Below, one piece after another: positions 24,614-35,860 of a DNA stretch of 64,000 bases. This DNA is from an uncultured delta proteobacterium (GTDB lineage Bacteria > Myxococcota_A > Polyangia > Polyangiales > Houyiibacteriaceae). The notes below the pieces were generated by a model. That model was not told where the DNA came from. It saw only the letters and a list, made by a program, of their open reading frames with translations, and ran no database searches. The stretch spans positions 416,360 to 480,359 of the forward strand of contig CAVQUI010000004.1 of NCBI GenBank assembly GCA_963716775.1, read 5' to 3'. A program made the position numbers and the translations under genes. Numbering within the stretch: position 1 is the stretch's first letter; each line of letters starts with the position of its first letter.

Positions 24614-25675
24614 TCAGAGCCGGTCGTCGCGGCCGGTGGCCAGCACGACCCGATTGCGGCCCGCAGCCTTGGCGCGAAAGAGCGCACGGTCTGCGGTCGT
24701 CATGAGGCGTGCCTTGACGTCGTTCGATGGCTGGCCGTTGAGCTTGCGCAGGCCGTTGAGCATGGCTACGCCGACCGAAACGGTGATCGTTGGTAGCGTT
24801 CCGCCCGGGCGCATCGGCCCTGCGGTGCTCGCCGCGACGTGGCTTCGCAAGTGATTCGCGAGCGACCGGGCGCTTTCTTTCGAGGCGCGCTTCTGGACTA
24901 CGATGAACTCGTCGCCGCCGAAACGAAACACCTCGCCAACGCCGGCGGCGGCCTCGTGTAGCGCCTTGCCCGTGCGCTTCAATGCTTCGCTGCCGGCCGC
25001 GTGGCCGAATTTGCTGTTCACGCGCTTCAGATGGTCGACGTCTACGAACATGATCGCCATGTCGCGCTCACCTCTTCGCGCGGAAGTCACGGCCTTGGTC
25101 AGCTCACTATTGAGCTTCCTGACGTTCCGCAGCCCCGTCAGCGGATCATGCGCGGCCAATCCCTCCTGCCGCCGAAGCGACGAGGTTTGGATCAGTGATG
25201 TCGTGATGTAGCTGGACAGTCCTGCGACTACCTTCCTGTCGCGACTCGTGAACTGCGCGGGCGCCTTCGGGTTGACCAGTTGCAGAATTCCAAGGGGCCG
25301 GGTTCCGTCGTGCAAAGGCGCGACTAAAGCCACTCGAGTTTGCTGCGACGAGCGCGCCGAGAACTGTGAATCCACCGAAGGTGATGACGCAATGAAAGGT
25401 GTTTGCCTTTCGAGCACGCGCTTGGCCCAGTCGGAGTGAAGAACCGTCCCTCGCTCGAGGAGGTGCTTGCTGTCCGGACCGCAAGCGGCGACACAGAAAA
25501 GCGACTCTGGCGTTTGTCCGAGGTAGAGCGCGCCGCCGGTCGCACGAACCGCGAGCGCAGCTGCCCCGAGCCCTTCTTCGAGCACCCGCATGACAGGCCG
25601 CGCCCGGGAGCTAGATGCCCCGAGCACGGATTCCTCGAGTTTTACCCCCCTCAAGGTGTGAATCCGCACGATCAA
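24614..25675 (-). CDS. GAF domain-containing diguanylate cyclase (GGDEF)
   Basis: N-terminal GAF-like region, then DPLTGLRNVRKL...MFVDVDHLKRVNSKFGHAAGSEAL...FRFGGDEFIV with an intact GGDEF motif. The start may be the internal ATG near 25591. Confidence 0.85.
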   Translation of the reverse strand: MIVRIHTLRGVKLEESVLGASSSRARPVMRVLEEGLGAAALAVRATGGALYLGQTPESLFCVAACGPDSKHLLERGTVLHSDWAKRVLERQTPFIASSPSVDSQFSARSSQQTRVALVAPLHDGTRPLGILQLVNPKAPAQFTSRDRKVVAGLSSYITTSLIQTSSLRRQEGLAAHDPLTGLRNVRKLNSELTKAVTSARRGERDMAIMFVDVDHLKRVNSKFGHAAGSEALKRTGKALHEAAAGVGEVFRFGGDEFIVVQKRASKESARSLANHLRSHVAASTAGPMRPGGTLPTITVSVGVAMLNGLRKLNGQPSNDVKARLMTTADRALFRAKAAGRNRVVLATGRDDRL

Positions 25676-25749
25676 ATCGTAGGCAGTTCAGACACGATAC
25701 GCCAATCGGGTGCTCCTCTGTGCGGCCTTGTAGGTATGTGCCGAGGTCG

Positions 25750-28700
25750 ATGCAACGCACAATGCGCGACGCTCGGCTCCGGAGGGCCTCGGTGGCAAGC
25801 GCGGGCTCGATAGCCTTAGTTCTGCTTACGATCCTCGCTTCCGCTGGCTTCTCCGGAGGCTGCGGAAAGGAGCAGCCGTCGGTCAATCGGGTGGGCATGA
25901 ACGGGGTCGCAAAGGATCTCTTCCGGGATTCTTCCTGGTACTTCGGCCGCACCGTCATCGACGACAGGCGGACGCAGACGCACGAGGAGTTTGACCGCTT
26001 TGGCGTCTATCGGACGCTGCAGCGCACCTATCTGCGAGCCGACCAGGACGAGGTCACACGCCGCTGCGATCGAAACATCGACTGCGGCATCGGCGGCTAT
26101 TGTGACCTCGACAAACACGTCTGCGCCGGAGGCCTCGGCGAAGACTACGGAGAGACCGACGCGCTTGCGTTTCTGCGTCCGCGGCACAATCTGTTCGAGC
26201 GGTCTTTGACCGATCAGGCCTGCCGCGTGGACTGGGACTGCGACGGCCGCTTCGAGGATACGCCGGGGGTTGGCGGCTCGGTCTGCGATCGCGCCGCAAA
26301 GAAGTGTACGATTCCCATGCGGGACCGCGTTCCGCGACGGCTCGAAGGCGGGCCGGGCGCCGTGGTCTATCATCTCAATGAGGGTTTCCCAAAGCACCTG
26401 GTTCATCCCGCGATGGAGGTCATGGGGCACTGGAACGAAGTCTTCATGCGTGGCTGGCGCGCTTCCCGTGACCTTGCGCTTCCAAGCTACGAGCAAGTTC
26501 GAGTCGACTGCCAGCACGTCGATCCCACTCGCTATTGTTTCTGCGGCTCACCGGATGAACGCGGGGGAACCTGCCGTGGCAAGTACGACTCCTTCGTCAG
26601 CGCTGACGAATGGGCTGCGCTCGGCGTCAGCGACCCGTATCGATGCCAGATCGAGAACAGGGAGTTCGCCGAGCCCGAAGCGCCGAGCTCCTACGACGAG
26701 TACCCGCTTCCCCAAGCCTATCGATATAGCTACAGAGGCGACGAGTGTCTTTTCGTCCTTCGCGCAAATAGCTGCGACTGGGAGCGGACGGACGCTTCGC
26801 AGAGCTGTGACGAGGTTACGGACGAAAAAGGCGAGCCGATTGTCTGGGAGCAGCTCGGCGACATCCGCTATCAGTTCGTCAACTACATCGACCAGGTGAA
26901 CACGGGCTTCAATGGCGTGGCCTATCCGATGCTGGACCCGACCACCGGAGAGCTGGTCGTGTCCAACTCGAACATCACCGCCGGTGGAATCGAGGCGATG
27001 GCGACCCAGGCGCTCGAGTTCTTTCCTGTCTTGCGTTGCGCCGATCCGAAGCTCGGATGCGAAGCCGGGGACGAGACCGCTGCCGAGCAGTACTTCAGCG
27101 GAGAGAACCTCCGGGGATATTTCTCGCGCCTCGGCCGAACCGAGCACCCGCAAGGACTCGCCGCCTCGGGCTCAGACGGGTTCAGCGTCGACGACTCGAG
27201 CCGGCCGGCCCTTCCGGTAAATGTGAACGGGACGCTGCACGCCGCGATGGAGCGCGCGCAGGGTCGCGTCGAGCGACTGCACGGGCAAGAGGGGCGAGCC
27301 CAGATCCTGAGCGATCGGATGCGACGCTTGGCGGGCACGTCGATCGAGAGGAAGCTCATGGGCTCGCTGGGCGTGGGCGGCGCGGATGCGCTCAATCGCC
27401 ACTTCGACCACGGGCAGGATTTCGTCTTTGGTCTGACGCCGCAGGCCAGCATCTACGACGAGGACATCCTCGATCAGGTTTCGCCATTCCGAGGCTCGGG
27501 ATTCATGCGCACACTCGCATCGAGCGTGACTGCAGAGCAGGAGCTCTCTGCGCGAAGCATCTGCGTATTGGACCAGTCCATCTTTCAGTCGCGCTATCTC
27601 GAGTACTGGGCCGAGGCGTTTCGAGGCCGAGAGCCTGCCGAGACGTCGATCCGAATGCAGCAGTTGCACATGCGCATCGTGCAGCAGCATGAGATCGGTC
27701 ATTCGGTGGGCCTTCGGCACAACTTTGCCGCGAGCCTCGACCGGGACAACTACGGGAACGGTTACTTCAACGTCGTGCTCGGCGATTCGGAGGATGTGGG
27801 CGACGACCTGCCGCTGCCCTCGATCCAAGACTACGACCTCGACAGTGACGGCTTCGTCGCCGGCACGGAGCTCGACCAGTATCTGGACACCCTTCGCGGG
27901 CGTCGGAACGTGCGGGCTCGCCAGGGGGCGCACAACTACACGAACAGCTCGGCGATGGACTACAGCGGTGACATGGCCGACGCCCAGGCCTCGGGCGCTA
28001 CGACGTGGCCACGACCGTCTGGAACTAGTTCGACCTCCGAGAGGCCTATGACCTACGCGGCCTGAGCGATGGGCTGCGAACCAGGTTCGACGGTCCGTTC
28101 CAAGGCCTGGCGCGTTCGCACGAAGTCGAGCGTGTCTGGTGGCGCTCCTACCGCGGCGGTGAGAGCTGCTTGCTCGACGCAGACTGCCCCGCTTCGTCAG
28201 AGTCCGAAGTGCTTCGGGGCGGGCAAGCCGTCTACCAGCGCTGCGTCCAGAATCCGCGGAAGGTATTCCCTCAGGAGCAATGCAGTGGCCAGTCGGACTG
28301 CGTCTGTTCGAGCTTCGATTCGGATCTCCAAGACTACGCCGACTTCGCCGCCTATTTCGAAGGCGCCAGCACCGATCGGAACTACGCTCCGGTGAGCTAC
28401 TTGTTCTGCCCTGATGATCGCACGAACGACATCAGCTGGTGCAATCGATTCGACGCTGGTGAGAGCTTCCGCGAGGTGATCGACCATTACCGGCGCCTCT
28501 GGGAGGAGCGGTACCCGGAAACCTACTACCGGCGATTCCGACGCGATGGCGCCCGATCGGGTGGCACGATTTGGATGGTTCAGGATGCCGCCAAGATCTA
28601 CCAGCACTTGTTCTTCCGCTTCAACTTCGAGCCAGGGTTCTCGCTGAACACGGGCCCTTTGGGCTTCGACGATCAGTTCTTCGCCTCCATCGACGCGATG

Positions 28701-29702
28701 AACTGGTTCATCGAGATCGTGAACCTTCCCGACGAGGGCTCGTACCAACACGACGCCGGACAAAACGCGTACCGCTGGCTCGGCGAGTCCGTCGACATAC
28801 CGGGCGCGGACCTCAGGCTCTTGCCAGGCCAGGGCTTCGGGATGTGGACGAAGTACCAGGACGGGTACTTCGGCTTCTTCCGACCCGAGCGCGCGGGGGT
28901 CTTCTATGACAAGTTCTTCGCGCTGCGAGCGCTTGCGATTCGGGACTGGGGCCTGAGCTTCACGCTCGACGAGCGGTACTTCATCAACTTCTACGACCTC
29001 TTCCCAACCGAGATGACCGAGCTCTTCGGCGGCATCATTTTGCAGGACGAGACTTGGTTCGCTCCGCGCTTGCGAATGGAGGACGGCGAACCGGTCGTGG
29101 AGCACATGAGCTGGTACCGAGGTTTGGCGCTCGGGGAGTGCAGTCAGGATGGCAGGAGCGTGCCGTGTCGCGGAAGCCAGCCGGAGGTGTACCCCGGCCC
29201 AGTGCTCGAAGGCACCAGCAACGAAGTGCTCCGAAGCTGGGCGGCGATTCTCGCGCTCGCGCAGTTTCCCGTCTACTACGACACTAGCTTCGAGCAGCGG
29301 CTGCTCGTCTTCAAGGCTGGCAGCGGAGCAGGGTTCAACATCCCGGACATCCAGGCTGATGGCAGCCCGAGCTGCGTGTACGGGACCGATGGCCTCGGGG
29401 CCGGCCACATCGTCGTGAACCCCGATGTTCCGAACGATTGCGACAGCCCTGAAGACGCTGACTATGTCGTCTTTGAATCGAAACGCCTTCGAACTCCTTA
29501 CGTGGCAGTCAAGGTTCGACCGAGCCTGGAATTGAACCTCGAGGAAGAGCAGCTGGGCTTTCAGCTGCTCAGGCGCTTGGTCGACCTGCAAAACGAGGTG
29601 AATACACTCGTTCCGGGCGACTCTGCACGTGCGGGCAAGCTTCGGGACCTACAGCAGGGTGAGTCGTTTCTCGAATACCTGATCGAGCTTCAAACTGCAT
29701 AG
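25750..29702 (+). pseudogene. very large secreted zinc metalloprotease lipoprotein (HEIGHSVGLRHNF, DUF4953-like met-zincin) with Cys-rich modules; interrupted by a frameshift and an in-frame TAG
   Basis: Signal peptide and lipobox (ALVLLTILASAGFSGGCG) from ATG 25750. HExxH...SSAMDYSG lies in the frame of 25615. The expected continuation GLGRYDVATTVWN is in the frame of the downstream ORF (shift near 27975-27990). That frame then hits TAG at 28026-28028 (WN*FDLREAYDL) before continuing to 29702. Confidence 0.75.
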
Positions 29703-29768
29703 GGCATCAGCAACTTCTTCTGGTGGCGGCTCGCTGCGGGTACACTAGGGTTTCTACAGGGGGTGTAG

Positions 29769-30737
29769 TTGCCGAACCAAGAGGATCTTCTTCGACAGTA
29801 TCGAACGATGATGGTGATCCGGCGCTTCGAAGAAGAAGCGGCGCGCAACTATGCCAAGGGCAAGATCGGCGGCTTCCTTCATCTGTACATCGGGCAGGAG
29901 GCGATCGCCGTCGCCGCCGCCGAAGTCCTCGAAGAGCGCGACTACATCTTTCAGACCTATCGAGATCACGGCATCGCCCTCGCGCGAGGAATGTCCGCCG
30001 ACGCGGGCATGGCGGAGCTCTTCGGTAAAGACACCGGCTGCTCTCGAGGCCTCGGGGGATCGATGCACTTCTTCGACGTCGAGCGGGGCTTTCTCGGCGG
30101 CTGGGCGATCGTAGGCGGTCACTTGGCGCTGGCTGCAGGCACGGCATTCAAGTCCAAGTACGCAGGGGAAGACAGCGTCACCATGTGCTTCTTTGGTGAC
30201 GGCTCGACCAACATCGGTGGCTTTCACGAGGCCATGAGCCTGGCGGGCCTCTGGAAGCTGCCAGTCGTCTTCGTTTGTGAGAACAACCAGTACGCCATGG
30301 GCACTCCGCTCGAGCGCACCAGCCCACTCAAAGACTTGTCGATCAAGGCCAAGGGCTACGGCATGATAGGCGACCGCTTCGATGGTCACGATGTCGAAGT
30401 CGTGCAGGAGCGACTCGGCGAAGCCGTAGAACGCGCGCGCACGGGGGATGGCCCGACCTTCATCGAGATTCTGACGTATCGATTTCGTGGTCACTCGATG
30501 AGCGACCCGGCAAAGTACCGAACCAGGACCGAGCTCGAGCAGCGCAAACAGCAGGACCCGATCACCGTGGTCCGCGACAGGCTGATGGGGCTCGGGGTCG
30601 AAGAGAGCAAGCTCGACGACATCGATCTGGAAGTCGACCAAGAGATCGATGCGGCCGTGCGTTTCGCCGAAGAGTCGCCTCCTGCGCGCGAGGACCTGAT
30701 GATGAGCACCGTGCTAGCCGCGGAGGGTGAGTCATGA
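29769..30737 (+). CDS. pdhA: pyruvate dehydrogenase (acetyl-transferring) E1 component, alpha subunit
   Basis: TPP-binding E1-alpha pattern (FLHLYIGQEA..., GGSMHFFD, FFGDGSTNIGGFHEAMSLAGLWKLPVVFVCENNQYAMGT, YRFRGHSMSDP). The stop overlaps the pdhB start (ATGA). Confidence 0.9.
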   Translation: MPNQEDLLRQYRTMMVIRRFEEEAARNYAKGKIGGFLHLYIGQEAIAVAAAEVLEERDYIFQTYRDHGIALARGMSADAGMAELFGKDTGCSRGLGGSMHFFDVERGFLGGWAIVGGHLALAAGTAFKSKYAGEDSVTMCFFGDGSTNIGGFHEAMSLAGLWKLPVVFVCENNQYAMGTPLERTSPLKDLSIKAKGYGMIGDRFDGHDVEVVQERLGEAVERARTGDGPTFIEILTYRFRGHSMSDPAKYRTRTELEQRKQQDPITVVRDRLMGLGVEESKLDDIDLEVDQEIDAAVRFAEESPPAREDLMMSTVLAAEGES

Positions 30738-31720
30738 GGGAGCTACGCTATCGAGAAGCGCTTCGAGAAGCGATGCTCGAGGAGATGGAGCGCGACGAGC
30801 GCATTTTCCTGATGGGCGAAGAAGTGGGTCACTATCAGGGCGCGTACAAGGTCTCCGAAGGGCTTCTCGAGAAGTTTGGGGAGCGGCGCGTCATCGACAC
30901 GCCCATCGCGGAAGCTGGCTTTGCGGGCGTCGGTATCGGAGCGGCGATGGCGGGCCTTCGGCCGATCATCGAGTTCATGACCTGGAATTTTTCGTTCGTC
31001 GCCTTCGATCAGATCATCAGCAACGCGGCAAAGGTGCACCAGATGAGCGCCGGCGCGATTCAGGTGCCGATCGTGTTTCGCGGACCCAACGGCGCGGCCA
31101 AGCAAGTCGCGTCGCAGCACAGCCACAGCTGCGCGCCGTTCTACACCAACATCCCGGGCCTCTACGTCATTCAGCCCAGCACTCCGCGGGATGCGAAAGG
31201 GCTCCTCAAGAGCGCGATTCGCAGCAACAATCCGGTCGTCTTTCTCGAAGGCGAAACACTGTATGGCGTGAAAGGCGAAGTGCCGGACGAGGGCGCGGAG
31301 GAGCTCATCCCGATCGGGCAGAGTAGCCTCGCTCGCCCCGGGACGGACTGTACCATCGTTACCTGGGGGCGTCCGTACTACACGGTCCTTGCTGCCGCCG
31401 AGAAGCTCGAGGCGGAAGGCATCAGCTGCGAGGTCATCGACCCGCGCACCCTTCGTCCGCTCGACACCAGCTTGATGGTGCAAAGCGTAAAGAAGACCAA
31501 TCGCTGCGTCGTGGTGCACGAACACTGGCCGTACGGCGGACCCGGGGCTGAAATCGTCGACCGAGTCCAGCGTGAGGCTTTCGACTACCTCGACGCGCCG
31601 ATCGAGCGGGTGACTGGGCTCGACGTGCCGATGCCCTATGCGTTGAATCTAGAGGACAAGGTCCTTCCAACCGAGGAGCGGGTGATCGACGCGGTGAAGC
31701 GCGTCGCTTACGCGAGCTGA
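30734..31720 (+). CDS. pdhB: pyruvate dehydrogenase E1 component, beta subunit
   Basis: 328 aa with the E1-beta pattern (REALREAMLEEMERDERIFLMGEEV..YQGAYKVS.GL...RVIDTPI.E.GF.G). Confidence 0.9.
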   Translation: MRELRYREALREAMLEEMERDERIFLMGEEVGHYQGAYKVSEGLLEKFGERRVIDTPIAEAGFAGVGIGAAMAGLRPIIEFMTWNFSFVAFDQIISNAAKVHQMSAGAIQVPIVFRGPNGAAKQVASQHSHSCAPFYTNIPGLYVIQPSTPRDAKGLLKSAIRSNNPVVFLEGETLYGVKGEVPDEGAEELIPIGQSSLARPGTDCTIVTWGRPYYTVLAAAEKLEAEGISCEVIDPRTLRPLDTSLMVQSVKKTNRCVVVHEHWPYGGPGAEIVDRVQREAFDYLDAPIERVTGLDVPMPYALNLEDKVLPTEERVIDAVKRVAYAS

Positions 31721-31723
31721 GCA

Positions 31724-33030
31724 ATGGCCAAGATCATCGGACTCCCCAAGCTTTCGCCCACGATGGAAGAGGGTACCCTCGTCGCCTGGATCAAGAAGGA
31801 AGGTGAGCCGGTCGAGGTCGATGATGTTCTGGCCGAGGTTGAAACGGACAAGGCCACGATGGAGTTTCGGTCCTTCGACCGCGGCGTCTTGTTGAAGATA
31901 CTGGTGCCGGAGGGTGAAACGTTGGAGCCGGATGTGCCGGTGGCGATCATCGGGAAGGCCGGGGAAGATATCGCGGACTTGATTGCGGAGGCTGAGGCGG
32001 GGAGGGGCTCGGGGGCAGCGGCAGCGGCAGCGGCAGCAGGCAGTGTCAGGGCCAGTGCCAGCGGCGAGTGCCAGCGGCAGCGCCAGTGCCAGCGTCAGTG
32101 CCGGTGCCAGCGTCAGTGCCAGCGGGAGCGACGGTGCCGGCGCCTGGGGTCGAGACCCGGGATCTGGGCGCGACTTCCGAGCGTGTTCTGTCCTCTCCCC
32201 TAGTCCGCCGGATGGCTCGTGAGCGGAGTATCGACCTGCGCGACGTTCAGGGGAGCGGGCCTCGTGGGCGCATCGTCAAGCGCGATATCGATTCGTACGA
32301 GGTCGGGGTGGCGCCCTCCCTTGCTTCCCCGGGTGAACGCCTGCCGCCTCGTGTCGCGAAGGCCAGCAGCATGCGGAGGACGATTGCGCGTCGACTCACG
32401 GAGTCGATGCAAACGATTCCACACTACTATCTGACGATCGATGTCGACATCGCGCCGCTCGCCGATGCGCGCGAAACGATGAACGCAGAGCTCGAAGCGG
32501 CGGGCAAGAAGGTCTCGCTCAACGACTTGATCATCAAGGCCGCAGCGGCGGCCCTTCGCAGAGTCCCCGAAGTCAATGCTTCCTGGATGGACAAAGAGAT
32601 TCACTACCATCAGGTCGTCGACATCTCGATTGCCGTCGCCGTCGACGACGGCTTGATGACGCCGGTCCTTCGGGACGCAGACCGAAAGGGCGTTGCCCAG
32701 ATCGCCGACGAAGTTCGCAACCTCGCCGAGCGCGCCAGAGCACGAAAGCTCCAGCCTGAAGACATGAGCAATGGAACGTTCTCGATCTCGAACCTCGGCA
32801 TGTTTGGTATCGAAGAGTTCACCGCGGTGATCAACCCGCCGGAGGGCGCGATCCTCGCCGTCGGTACCATCCGCAGCGAGCCCGTCGTCCAAGGTGGCGC
32901 GATCGTTCCCGGCCGCCGTATGCGCTTCACCATGAGCTGCGACCACCGCATCATCGATGGGGCCACTGGGGCGAAGTTCATGGCAGCGCTTAAGCGCATC
33001 GTGGAATCGCCGGTGAGCATGCTGCTCTAG
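31724..33030 (+). pseudogene. pdhC: dihydrolipoamide acetyltransferase (E2) of the PDH complex; frame lost inside the Ala/Pro-rich linker
   Basis: Lipoyl domain with ETDKATMEF in the frame of 31724. The peripheral-subunit-binding domain (SSPLVRRMARERSIDLRDVQGSGPRGRIVKRDI) and catalytic domain (DHRIIDGA) are in the frame of 32068. The most natural Ala/Pro linker path needs shifts near 32040 and 32065, within repetitive GCAGCG/GCCAGY sequence. Confidence 0.85.
32014..32126 (+). repeat. short-period coding repeats in the E2 linker ((GCAGCG)n, then GCCAGTGCCAGCG-like units)
   Basis: Read directly: gcagcggcagcggcagcggcagc followed by several gccagtgccagcg / gtcagtgccagcg units. All three forward frames stay open across it. 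Confidence 0.8.
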
Positions 33031-33048
33031 CCTCTGAGTTTGGTCGCC

Positions 33049-33246
33049 AACCGGGGCGCGGACCGAGGCGCGAGATGGGGCTGCGCCGAACGGCTCGGCT
33101 TGCAGATCTGGTCGGATGCACTGGCGGGCTTGGACCAGGCAAGCCGAGCCTCGGAGCTCGCGCCCAATCGGTGGTGGTTGCTGTCTTGCCGATTGTCACT
33201 CGCTACGTCGACTCCGCCCCATCTCGCGCCTCGGTCCGCGCCCCGG

Positions 33247-33248
<2 letters not shown>
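33049..33248. repeat. 200-bp palindromic element: perfect 33-bp inverted repeat enclosing 134 bp with two internal hairpins
   Basis: 33049-33081 (AACCGGGGCGCGGACCGAGGCGCGAGATGGGGC) is the exact reverse complement of 33216-33248. Inner stems are 33092-33103/33139-33150 (12 bp) and 33165-33171/33189-33195 (7 bp). It lies between convergent E2 and GlcD-like genes. The right arm abuts or overlaps the GlcD-like stop codon (33247-33249). Confidence 0.9.
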
Positions 33249-34717
<1,469 letters not shown>

Positions 34718-34785
34718 AGGGTCGGACGCGCTAAGCTTCGCCGCGAACGGCCGCTCGTTTCGACGACCGCGCCCAACCTTAGACC

Positions 34786-35799
34786 ATGCGACTCCTTGCT
34801 TACTTCGTGCTGACCGCTGCGGTCGCGGCCGGTTGCGGTGACTCGGCCGCCCCCACGGGTCCCCAAGATGCCTCCGTCGATCCGGACTGCGGCCTTTTGC
34901 TTCCGGACTGCGGCGTCGATGCCGGTGCCGACGGCGGTGTCGACGGCGGTGTCGACGGTGGTGCCGACGGCGGCGTCGACGGTGGCGTCGATGGAGGTGT
35001 CGACGGTGGTGTCGATGGCGGTGGCTCCTGGTGCGAGACCAGCGCGCTCTGCCCCAGCTGTCCGGATATGGACGCCCTGTGTGACTCCGAGAACCCGTGT
35101 CCGGCCGGTGAAGTTTGCCTTCTTACCGGCTGCGAAGACCTCTCCCGTTGTTTCGTCACAGGCGGTGGCGCCTGTCAGGACGACGAAGACTGCGGAAACC
35201 CTGCCTACACATGCGACCTGAGCATCCACCGCTGTCTCCGCATCGACTCCGGCTGCGATGATTCCAACGATTGCGTCGCCGGGTTTGCTTGCGAAGGTGG
35301 CGCATGTGCCGACCGCCGCGTTCCCTGCGGGACCGGGGCCGACTGCCCGCATGGGTACACCTGTTTCTTTGCCGCGCCCGACCAACGATTCTGCCGTCGC
35401 ATCACGCGCCCTTGCGACAACGATGTCGATTGCCTCACGCTGGGCGTCCCATGCGGTGACGCCGATGGGGACGGGGCCCAGGAATGCATGCCGTCGCTCA
35501 TGCCGAACGTCGCCGATCCCGTGTCTTGCAACACGCTGCAATGCACCGAGGACGACCCGCCGGTCTGTGAGACGAGCGTCGAAGGGACGGTCGCGTTCTG
35601 CGGCGAGTTCGGGTTGTGCGCGTCGGCGGACGATTGCGCGCTCGGTTTCGACTGCCGGGACCTTTGGGGTGATGGACGCAAGGAGTGCGTACTGCCGACA
35701 GGATCCTGTGTAGATTCAAGCGTGTGCGCAGCTCGTGAGGTTTGCGGGTCCCCCCGAACGGATGCCCCACCGCAGTGTATCGCAGGTGCTGCGAACTAG
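34786..35799 (+). CDS. Cys-rich secreted lipoprotein with an N-terminal (GGVD)n repeat
   Basis: Signal peptide and lipobox (LLAYFVLTAAVAAGCG). About 40 Cys residues arranged in recurring C-x2-D-x-D-C...C modules (CQDDEDCGNPAYTCDLSIHRC, CDDSNDCVAGFACEGGAC, CASADDCALGFDC). Confidence 0.75.
   Translation: MRLLAYFVLTAAVAAGCGDSAAPTGPQDASVDPDCGLLLPDCGVDAGADGGVDGGVDGGADGGVDGGVDGGVDGGVDGGGSWCETSALCPSCPDMDALCDSENPCPAGEVCLLTGCEDLSRCFVTGGGACQDDEDCGNPAYTCDLSIHRCLRIDSGCDDSNDCVAGFACEGGACADRRVPCGTGADCPHGYTCFFAAPDQRFCRRITRPCDNDVDCLTLGVPCGDADGDGAQECMPSLMPNVADPVSCNTLQCTEDDPPVCETSVEGTVAFCGEFGLCASADDCALGFDCRDLWGDGRKECVLPTGSCVDSSVCAAREVCGSPRTDAPPQCIAGAAN
34912..35025 (+). repeat. 12-bp-period tandem coding repeat encoding (G-G/A-V/A-D) x ~9.5
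   Basis: GVDAGADGGVDGGVDGGADGGVDGGVDGGVDGGVDGGG. The nucleotide units are ggcggtgtcgac variants. The antisense frame gives a spurious PPST repeat ORF. Confidence 0.9.
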
Positions 35800-35860
35800 G
35801 GCTTACGCAAGACCGCGATCTGCGGTAATGTGGTTTTCCCCAAATGTAAGCAATTTCACA

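Noticed and set aside
28026-28028. In-frame TAG in the metalloprotease considered as programmed recoding (pyrrolysine or read-through)
   Set aside because: No pyl genes or recoding signals are visible. It lies 40 nt from a frameshift in the same gene, and many other genes here are broken. A mutation or sequence error is far more parsimonious.
34912-35025. Short tandem repeats considered as a possible CRISPR array (also 32014-32126)
   Set aside because: The periods are 12 bp and 6-13 bp with no unique spacers. Both lie inside coding regions and translate to low-complexity linkers. No cas genes are present in the window.
35848-35858. Single nAnnTnnACAn match (cAatTtcACAa) in the AT-rich leader of the large lipoprotein gene
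   Set aside because: Only one 11-mer matches; neither adjacent 11-mer does. An isolated hit in AT-rich sequence is expected by chance, whereas CarH operators need tandem repeats.
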